Origin: Marsupella aquatica
Taxonomy: Eukaryota; Plantae; Marchantiophyta
Reading direction: 5' to 3'
Length of the DNA: 64,000 nucleotides
NCBI GenBank assembly: GCA_973895155.1
Contig: OZ316895.1
Coordinates: 19,854,803-19,918,802, forward strand
Shown: in pieces, positions 44,963 to 54,335 of the stretch
Layout: each line of letters begins with the position of its first letter
Numbering within the stretch: position 1 is the stretch's first letter
Notes under the pieces: generated by a model
The model's input: the letters and a program-made list of their open reading frames with translations, nothing else
The model's database searches: none
What the model was told of the DNA's origin: nothing
Made by a program: the position numbers and the translations under genes

Positions 44963-45622
44963 TCAAATCCAAGATATGTGGCTCCTAGCAGGAGTGCCTA
45001 GTGTAGGGTCAATGTCATGGTCAGGACAGTAAACACATCCCCTCTTGGGCTGCCCATGCGCTGAGTGATCCCAAATTGTCCGATCATGGGCAAATCCCCT
45101 CTGCTGGATAAATAGCAGGCAGTCCTTGTGCCATGCCTTAGGACACCTCATGCACTGAACCAAAAAGCCATTAGCCCCATCATTGGGCCCTTGTCCACAA
45201 GTAAGACAAATATGGAGTCCACATGATGCTGTGCCAGGAACCAAACACTGCTGACAGTAAAACCGGGCACATAGAGGGTCTGGACATTTTCTTACCTCTT
45301 CACCCATTTTTCCAGACACATGACACTTAAAGCAAGAATGTTCCTCATTCTTGCAATCGACACAAAGCCATTCTCCAACATGGCCATCAGCCAGGGATAT
45401 AGTTGGGCATAGCCATTGCTGACCCAAAGGACAGGAAACATTCTTATGGAAATGTCGGTGGCAAGGCCCATCACAAAAAATGAGATCCCCTCCCTCATCA
45501 CAAATCGCACATACATGTGGACTATTCTGGTTAATCTCAATGTCTGAGTATAAGGACAATTGAGGTGCTTGAGAGGATTCACCTCTACAACGATTTGTGG
45601 CCTTCTGCTTATTGCGAGCCAT
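44963..45622 (-). CDS. EDM2-like composite PHD-finger protein (~219 aa) inside the CACTA element
   Basis: VCAICDEGGDLIFCDGPCHRHFH..C..C..WLCVDCKNEEHSCFKC..VRKCPDPLCARFYCQQC..CGLHICLTC..VQCMRCPKAWHKDCL..RTIWD..VYCPDHDIDPTLGTPARSHISW. This parallels, from recall, the EDM2 PHD region (CAICDNGG..CEGSCLRSFH..HQCFIC..CPLHKC..CRRCPKSYHRKCL..RAWD..YC.EHEID..L.TP.RDH). Open, intronless frame. Confidence 0.85.
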   Translation of the reverse strand: MARNKQKATNRCRGESSQAPQLSLYSDIEINQNSPHVCAICDEGGDLIFCDGPCHRHFHKNVSCPLGQQWLCPTISLADGHVGEWLCVDCKNEEHSCFKCHVSGKMGEEVRKCPDPLCARFYCQQCLVPGTASCGLHICLTCGQGPNDGANGFLVQCMRCPKAWHKDCLLFIQQRGFAHDRTIWDHSAHGQPKRGCVYCPDHDIDPTLGTPARSHISWI

Positions 45623-47744
45623 GGTCCTGCACACTCAGACCCTACATCAGATTATGAAACAAGAAGGAATAACAAGGTGCAGCATGACACACAAGAATGA
45701 GGGTGCAACATAAAATATGACATGTAACCACAAGGGTGCAGCATAAACCAATGCTTTATGGATGGCAAAGCATTTAGGACTGAGCAGCGCAAATAACCTT
45801 GGCCTATGATTGGAAGCAATCACAATATTGCAACCTGTATGCCTTCGCTTGCTGTACAGCAGTGCTCACTCACCCTGCCTTTTTAAAATCTGTAAGGGCA
45901 ACACAGAACAAATAGCAATTGAGTTTCAGCAAAGCATTCATTTGGCTCTCAAGTTTTAAAATGGACAGAGCAAACACAACAATGTGCACAACAAAGCATA
46001 GAGAGCAACAAAACTCCAGCAAACTTGGGACTCAGGCAAGAGATACAAATTTTAGCAGCAAAATCAAATCAAGATTTGGACCTGTAAGTTCAACATGCAA
46101 TGCTCAGTCACCCTGCCCTTTTTTAAATCTGTAAAAATCAAGTTTTATTGCGTGCCTTCTACATCTTAAGTTGCTGCACACATCTGTTACAGAACCATAA
46201 GTTGCTGTACTCTCAACAAGCTGCTGGTCCACCCACTTTTTCAAAAGCTGCACCGTACTCTATCTTTGTGTAGTCGTGGCATTACCGGGCTGCTGTCAGA
46301 GACCCTTACAAAGAATTTAAAATTGACCAAGCTGATTTTAGTTTAGTTTCGTCCAGTTTGCAGACCAAAGGAAATCATGTGTGAACGTCAAACAGTTAGC
46401 TGTAAATTACCATAGTTGAAGAGCAAAGCTTGTACAAAAGCCACTGAGGAATTCTCTGAGGTGGCACAGTAATTGGCAAACCACACACGAAACTCTGAAA
46501 CTTTTTGGCGACAGAATTCTATAGAGTCGCTGCTGGAATCCAGTGAGGATTCACCATACATGCTTGCACTTCTCTTCAGTAAAAAAAAAGTTGCTGAAAG
46601 TGCCAACGGCAGGGAGACAAAAAGTGAAGAAATGAGAAGTCTTTGGCACATTGATAACCAGTGTGGTCCTCGGACTTCAGATGCAAGAAAGGAAATGGAA
46701 GAGACAAAAAAATCTGTGAAAGAAAGTAGAGCGCAACAGAGATCCAACATACGCAGATTTGGACTGTGGGAACAGATTTTTGACGCAGATTTTCCAGCAA
46801 GGGTTAGCAAGTAGTCTAGTACTTACTAGTACTTACATTGTTCGATCGCAGCTCACTCATTCAAAGGAAAACAAATCCTCAAATTAATGCTCTACATTGC
46901 CTTTTTCCTCATGCATGGATAGAGCCAATGTCTGTTGAGAATCTTTTACAATTGTTTTGAAGCAAAGTACTTGCTAGACGGCCTGGTCGCTCATACAGAG
47001 CAAAACAATGAATGAACTTACCCCACGACAGAGCACTTAGCTACTCACTATGACATCAATATCACCATTCTTATTTTGTCAAAGATAAGGAAATTATCTT
47101 AGGGCTTGAATTTTTAAGTAGAAGAGGAAGTGCACTTTAGGGTGTTCGAAAATTCTCCGATGTGTTTGTTAGTAAAGTCCACAGTACCACAAATTGCCAC
47201 AACTTATGGTTGCCATTGAGCGAACATTACTAGTTGGATGGATTGTGATAATGGTGATGGCCCCACCCTCATAGCTGCCGATTGCTACGTTCAGGCATTG
47301 ATCAAAACGGAATATCAATCAAACGTATATGAAACCCTCAGTCTACGGTTAGCCGGCACTTTCATCCAAAGAGTGTGCTTTTCACCATTCAAATCAAATT
47401 CCGCAAACTATAACAGACAAGCACAGTTGGCAATTGATAGACCAAGCATAGTGCCCTGAAACAGACTACAAATCAGCAATAGAACTCACTCTGCATTCCT
47501 CCCAACAGCCCTAGATTATTGTGAGTAGAATGGAACGGGATTTTTATTGGTGTTCAACATAAGAAATCTGTCTCTAGATGTGGACACTCTAGAGGCTCTA
47601 GAAGAGAAAATTCAGTGTCACAGAATGAAACGCGGTGGCAATAGCATGCAGCAGAACAAATCTCTTTGTGGGAAATGAGAAGCTTGACTCCCAATTAAAG
47701 TCCCAAAAAGACAAGAAGCTCACTCTACGAATGGAGATGGAGGG

Positions 47745-48135
47745 GAACCCGTCCTTCGCTCGCAGCTTGTCCTCTGCTCGCAGCTCAGCCCAAGCTCGTC
47801 CTCCGCTCGCAGCTCAGCCTCCGCTCGTCCTCCGCTCGCAGCTCAGCCTCCGCTCGTCCTCCGCTTGCAGCCCGAGCTCGTCCTCCGCTCTCCGCTCGTC
47901 CTCCGCTCGCAGCCCGAGCTCGTCCTCCGCTCTCCGCTCGTCCTCCGCTCTCCGCTCGTCCTCCGCTCTCTGCTCGTCCTCTGCTTGCAGCTCGTCCTCT
48001 GCTTGCAGCTCGTCCTCTACTTGCAGCTCGTCCTCTGCTTGCAGCTCAGCCCTCCGCTCATCCTCTGCTCGCAGCCCGAGCTCGTCCTCCGCTCTCTGCT
48101 CGTCCTCTGCTTGCAACACGTCCTCCGCTCCTCAC
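47745..48135. repeat. GC-rich minisatellite of ~18-nt units (CTCGTCCTCCGCTC...)
   Basis: About 20 degenerate units. They generate the SSSA / AEDE low-complexity ORFs in several frames. Confidence 0.9.
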
Positions 48136-49819
48136 CCGCAACTTGGAGGAAATGTAAAGAAGCTATTGCAATGCTAATCGATCGAAGCTCCTGGAAACAT
48201 GTAGCGCCCAAGTCCTACTGAGGTGCTCCGCCGAACGCGCGCAACACACTCAAAAACAATGGCAGCCTGAATGGCTTTGGGTCGGAGCTCCTCCTCTAAA
48301 GCTTGCAAATGGTCAATAGTTTAGGGTCCAGGTCCAAGGCTTCACTGAAACAATGCCTCGCCCAACGCTTGCCTGTTGTTACGCAGCGCAGTGATAAAGT
48401 CCCAAGAGCACTTAAACTTTGTGCAACCCTAAAGGTGAGAGCACTCCGCGCGGAAACTGATATGTGCACACCAAGAAACCATGACATTCAACGTAGCAGA
48501 TCGATGGTTTTTGGGAAAAAGGGCCCTCGTGCGAATGGTGAACACTTGTGCTGGAAACATGTCGCCCCCTAAACCCGGTCATGTTTACCGTTGGATGGGC
48601 TTAAAAGACACACACAATAGGGTAATTCACTTACCCTAAAACTCCTAAAAATGTCCTGACCCCCATAAGGCCACAATACCCTAAAACCCTAAATGACTCT
48701 ACACCCCCATCTAAACTTTAACTCAAGGGAAGCCCACCTCCCACCCATAGGCAGCCCCGGGCCAAATAAGGTAATTTCTGGTGATTTCTTATAGGAGTCC
48801 TCCCATATCATACCACAATGACATTATATAAGGTCCTGATAATTAAAATCTTGAGAACCCCCATATTCCAAAATGTTTATGCCCCACTAGTGCATGGAGA
48901 ATAGTATGTAGAGTGTCATGCAACCCTCCTTAAATATTGTACCCCTAAATGACCCAATGTATGACTTCAGTCTAAAACAACCACTAGTTGCAGTCATTAG
49001 ATCTCAATTTTTGTCATTGCCAAAGACTCACCATTTTGTTCATGTCACGATCAACTATTACCCCTACTCTAAAATCGGCCTGGCAATAATCACACATTGA
49101 TCAAAACGTGTTAATAATTTGTGTGAACTCTCTTATTTAAGGAAAATAGTGAAGTTTATTATAGTATTGAATGATATGGTATACCATATATGTACTATTT
49201 TGATTAACACTTATGGGGCCCCAAAAAATTTGGGTCCAAGGAATTACACATTCAGATGTGATAATATGTGATATACTATGTCATTTTTTAATTCATGACA
49301 ACCCCAATGACTGCACAAGGGACCACTTAAATGACCAAATGTCCAATAATTTGTCTTATATGACACTTAATATGACCATTTCAATGACACTATTTGTAGT
49401 CAAAATTGGTTTTTATGAGACAACATTTGAATTATATGACATGCAAAATGACGGCGCCAATGACCCTCACTTCAGTCATTGGCATTAATGAATACCCTTA
49501 TCCAAAATGACCCAATGAAATTATGCTCCTCTTATAGTGCCCAAAGTTCCATAATGCCTTCCCTAAACGCAAAAACATGTCTGAACATTTATTATGCTGC
49601 AACTAGTGGTGGAATAGAAAGTATTGTATCCCCGACCTCATGGAACGGTGGTGAGCTCTATGTGGGACCCGTGGCACTCATTCTTACATTCAGCCCCTAG
49701 CCCCAAACTTGTCATTTGTGCTTCTGTTTAATGACTGCACACAAGGGACCACACAAATGACCACAAGTCCAGTCCTTAGACTTATATGACATCCCATATG
49801 ACAGTTTTAATGACCCTTC

Positions 49820-52800
49820 TGTAATAGCTGTCTAAATTAGAAACTTAGAAATAATGAAAACTTTAAAAAAAATTGTAGTTAGAAATAGATTAAACATAGC
49901 CAATTAATCTACTTTTAGATATGTAAGGTTAAGACTTAGTTAGGCAGATTAATGGATAATACCCTGAGTAATTAGGTAGGGGTGAGACGAGTCAGAAGAA
50001 ACTACTATCGATGTCCTCAAAGCGCGAAAGGAAGATTGGTGCTGCCACGTTTGACTGTGGGCGCAAAGAGCGTTTTGGCGCAACAGCGCAACGGCGCTTT
50101 GGAGCGAAAGCGCAACAGCGTATCGGCGGAAAAGCGCAACGGCGTTTTGGAGCCAAGGCGCAAGGGCGCAAAGGCGCAATAAAGCGAAAGGGCAACGGCG
50201 GATCACTTGGCATTGCTCTCTCTCCGGATCGATAGTTGGTGACAACGCCTTGTTTCTTGTTACTATGGCAGACGAAGGGGGAGAGATGACCGCGAGAGGA
50301 GTTCCTCTACCTAAGGCCGTCCCTGTGACATACCCTACGATGAAAAGAAGCTTGCACGTTTTGAAGGAAGCACTAGCGGTCATGCACCTGAGTAAATTAC
50401 TCACTCTGCCTTGGTCTGCAACTTCATTGAGTTTTCTGAAGGATTTCAGTGATGGGGCACAAATTGAAGTCGGTATGGTGGGAACTGCTCGGGCAAATCC
50501 AAAATTCTGGACTCTGCAATTTGTTGCTGATGCTTTTGACTGTCCCGCCGAAGGCGACAGCTTACACTCACGACAAGGGGAGATTGCGAGGCCTTATTTT
50601 TCTGGAACTCGAAACGTTCGCCATGGATGGAAAATGGATCAGTGCACCGATTATACTCTCAAAATCATTTTAGAGTTTTTGATTCCAATTCTCCATCCCA
50701 TCCGTCCACATATGATACCTGTGTCACTTGCCAATACTATTGTGGCAAGTTGGAAGGGAGTTGCTCAGATAAATTGGGCCTTGTTGCTAAGACAGGTTAT
50801 TTTATCTCAAGTAAAGAAGGTGAAAATGGACGAGTTCACTACTCTCCCTTCTTATCTTTGCCAATTGTACTTTCATGGAAATTGCTTACTTTCAGGCGAA
50901 CAAGAGGAGCGGATCAGACTGCTTGATGAATTTGATCTTAGTGAGTCAGGAAACGAGGATACTGAAGGAGAAGATGCTGATGAAGTCCAACCGGAGGTTC
51001 CCCCACCTATCTGTTCAGAGGTTACCCCTCTTACCCATAGAGAACCACTTGTGGAACCCAGAAGCACCTCTTCACCAATTCCTGATAACCCACTATCCCC
51101 TTTCGAAGATCTCAATCAGGATAGAAGACTTTACACCCCCCTCAATTCCAATCTTGATGAGTATACATTCAAGCCAGAACCAGTAGGAACGTCCCCACCT
51201 TTTGTACCTGTAGTTGACATATCTATCCCTAATACTCTTCGATCACCCACAGTCCCAACTCAGAATTTATCTGTAGACAGCTTGACCCCTTCTATGAGAT
51301 CCCGTAAGAGACCCTTCATGTTCAGCAAACCAACGGTTGATGAACTGAGAGTAGAATCTAATCAGCAAATTATTGATAAGTTAAGCAACTTATTGATCTG
51401 TGAACCTGAGGAGATAGTTGACTCTGTTGAGAGGTTAAGAGCAGCCTCTGTAACTCTGCCTGAACCTAGTAGTCCCGACTCTCCATACTCTCCAACCCAA
51501 GGACCGACTCAGTTCTATCCCGAAGTGATGGAGCTATTTCGACCCACCTCCAATATTAGGGTTACAAATATTGCTGAAGCTGAACCAATGGAGGAAAATG
51601 ATGCATCACCCAGGTTAGAGCTCCAACAGACACTATTTGCTTCCCCAGGTCACTTTGCTGAACACTATTCTACTCTTGTTAATAAAATGGCTGACATGCT
51701 AGAGTGTGATGAGAGACACTTAATTGATGTCTTGGATGATCTTTTGTGTAAGACATCAGCTTTACTTACCCGAGATCATCATCAAGAATATTGTGAGGAT
51801 TTAGTCCACAGGCTTACACAAATTTTCGGATGCAACCGGAAACAAGTCTATTATGCCGTCCGTTATCATACCTCAGCCTCTGGCTCTCCCATTTACTATT
51901 CTTCCCCTTCTTCCAGTCATTCACCCACCTCTCCTTACAGTCCTTCGAATCAACCAGACCAGCTCTATCCTAGTTTTCCAGAGCCTGAGATCACCCCTAC
52001 AGGTGAACATCTTGCCACTTCTTATCCTGACACCCTTCCACCAGGTCAAGATCAATCCTGCCAGGTCAATTTCATCCCTACACTGCATATTAACCCTAAG
52101 ACCCCTCAGGAGAATATTACACAATTTGCTGAGTTTGTTAGAGTTTCAGACCTTAGAACTCCTCCCATTTTAGAGTTTTGGCAATACTATCATAAGAAGA
52201 GAGTTGAATGTCTCTATATCCTGAAGCTTCATCTGAAGGATGTCACCCGCCTAGAGATAGCAGAGATGGATGAGATCTGGACAGAGGCTAAATATTTTCG
52301 TCCTATTCTTGCTGTCATAATCCTGGTTGGACACATTGTATTGGAGAATGGAGATCTGGCCCTGACATACTTCGGGAACTTACCTGCCTATGTCTTGGAA
52401 TTCATCATCAACTTTTTGAGACAAACCAACAAACGATATCAGGTCGACCATGGTGTTCTACCAGAGAAACCTTTTATTGTTCAACAATTTATCCACCAGT
52501 TGCTGAGAGTCAGAGAATTTGGAACAACATCACTTCCCAATGGTTGACTGATTACACCTTGAAATGGCGAGAACTGTTACCTCGTGTCACCCCACTTCTG
52601 TCACTTGCCAAGGACTCTGACACCTTCATCAACAAGTTTCCACGCAACTACCATACTACTTGTTGTAGTTATGACTTGGTCGGCATCTATATGCAAGCTA
52701 GCAAGGTGAACACTATGTTTCACAGTAGAATACTTCCCATTCTAAATGCTGAACGACAAATCAGGTCTCTTCCATTTGCTCAACATGATACACAAGCTAT

Positions 52801-54335
52801 GGATTTCCTTCGAGAGGTGATTCAAACCGAGACATTCAGGAGAGTTCAACAACTGGACCAGTCAGCACTACTTCAGGAGGATTGATCTACTCCATCCTTT
52901 GAGTCAGGATTAGTCAATCTCCATCATTTTTGTTAAATAGTTATCATAGTTAAAAAAGTCTCATACTTTTTTAGGAAATAGCCCTTATGTAGTAGAATCT
53001 CCCCTGAAAGTATCGGCTTAAACCGACATGTCGTTTAGAAGATATGACATTTTTAGTTTTGCTTAAGCGTAAAAGCGCAAAGGCGCAACGACGCTTCCGA
53101 CACTTAGAAAAATTTCTGGAAAAGTGTATTTTATATCTGACAGCACTTTTCATCAATTTTATTAAGGCACTTAGACACCTCAGAAAAGTCTAAAATTTTT
53201 CCAGCATGAAGCATGTATATAAATCTTCTATCTAGTAAAGTTTCACCCCATTTTAAATTTTATGTTAGAAATTATAATTCCGATAAACTCACTATTTATT
53301 AGTTTTACCACAAAAGTGCAAAAAACACTTTTACTCCAGTTTACACTAGGGATAACTTTTAGTTAGTTTTTCATTCCAACAACATTCTAGTGAACCTTGA
53401 GTACTCTTATAGCATATTTTCATACTTTTTACTTTAGTTTATGACCCTTAAGATGTGAAAGGGCATGTCCTTTCATTATCTCTTTTCCCCTTTAGTTTCT
53501 GCTAGCCTATATGTAGTAGAGTTTTTGCCACTTTTAGTGTGAAGAAATTTCATGAGCGCTCAGTTGCAAGATTACAACTTTGTTACCTCCATTTGTAGCA
53601 AGCACTCCATTGCATATGAGTACTTAATACAAAGGAATTCTTCCCCTTCAAGTCTAAATGAATGAGAAGTTTGGACCTTTGAAGTAAAATTATTGTGAGT
53701 GTTAAATCTTTTGAGTATGTGGAAATAGATTACTTGTTGGTGATGTTTCACATATTCCTTAGTTCTTGATGCATAGTTTTTGACGTGACATTGCTTGTGC
53801 ACGGGATACAAAGATTGTTACTTATCAATTACTTATGGCTTCAAATTTGATTATGATGGTGTCTCTTATTTGTGACACAAAGTACCGATTGGATACAGAA
53901 GTGATTGATTACTAGTCTCCACTCAGTACCTTGGAAGGAAAAGTTGAGACATGTTGACGGCATTTTAGTAATCATCCTAGTACCGTAATCCTTTCCAGAA
54001 ATGTTCTTGCGGATATACCACCTAAATCATATCAAATGAAGTTATGTTGAGGAGTCACCTTGGTTGTTTCCTAACTCCCTCACCATACCTCAAGGTTTTC
54101 ATTGTGTTTTATTAATTGTTTCCATTTATTAATTTTATTTACAATGTCAAGCAGACATTTAAAACTATGCCTTGCTGAGCAACCATAGTAAAAGGCTCCA
54201 CCTTTGTGTTTTTGTTACCTTATTCATTCATAAGTGCTAAATCATAGAAAATCATTCCTTTCATGTTCTTCCATGGGAACGAATACCGAGTTTTGGATCT
54301 TAAATGTTCATTTATGTCCCAAGTGTGATACTACA
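49820..54335 (+). mobile_element. 4516-bp solo-LTR-like element (TG...CA, TSD CCTTC) carrying a long ORF
   Basis: CCTTC at 49815-49819 and 54336-54340. Ends TGTAATA...TACTACA. Its removal restores a normal 580-bp unit. No gag/pol. Confidence 0.87.
50265..52547 (+). CDS. LTR-internal ORF (760 aa), paralog of the 39155-40882 protein; may continue to 52885 across a frameshift
   Basis: Open frame from MADEGGEM. Shared blocks with the other ORF: WT, PYF.G, FL.P.L.P..P, TIVA..KG, NWA.L, YL..LY. Confidence 0.75.
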   Translation: MADEGGEMTARGVPLPKAVPVTYPTMKRSLHVLKEALAVMHLSKLLTLPWSATSLSFLKDFSDGAQIEVGMVGTARANPKFWTLQFVADAFDCPAEGDSLHSRQGEIARPYFSGTRNVRHGWKMDQCTDYTLKIILEFLIPILHPIRPHMIPVSLANTIVASWKGVAQINWALLLRQVILSQVKKVKMDEFTTLPSYLCQLYFHGNCLLSGEQEERIRLLDEFDLSESGNEDTEGEDADEVQPEVPPPICSEVTPLTHREPLVEPRSTSSPIPDNPLSPFEDLNQDRRLYTPLNSNLDEYTFKPEPVGTSPPFVPVVDISIPNTLRSPTVPTQNLSVDSLTPSMRSRKRPFMFSKPTVDELRVESNQQIIDKLSNLLICEPEEIVDSVERLRAASVTLPEPSSPDSPYSPTQGPTQFYPEVMELFRPTSNIRVTNIAEAEPMEENDASPRLELQQTLFASPGHFAEHYSTLVNKMADMLECDERHLIDVLDDLLCKTSALLTRDHHQEYCEDLVHRLTQIFGCNRKQVYYAVRYHTSASGSPIYYSSPSSSHSPTSPYSPSNQPDQLYPSFPEPEITPTGEHLATSYPDTLPPGQDQSCQVNFIPTLHINPKTPQENITQFAEFVRVSDLRTPPILEFWQYYHKKRVECLYILKLHLKDVTRLEIAEMDEIWTEAKYFRPILAVIILVGHIVLENGDLALTYFGNLPAYVLEFIINFLRQTNKRYQVDHGVLPEKPFIVQQFIHQLLRVREFGTTSLPNG

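Noticed and set aside
46388-46814. Overlapping 113-140 aa ORFs within the CACTA
   Set aside because: No recognisable domain; may be UTR or intron of the PHD transcript.
47635-48221. ORFs 47635-48177, 47814-48119 and 47865-48221
   Set aside because: By-products of an 18-nt minisatellite that lacks stops in several frames.
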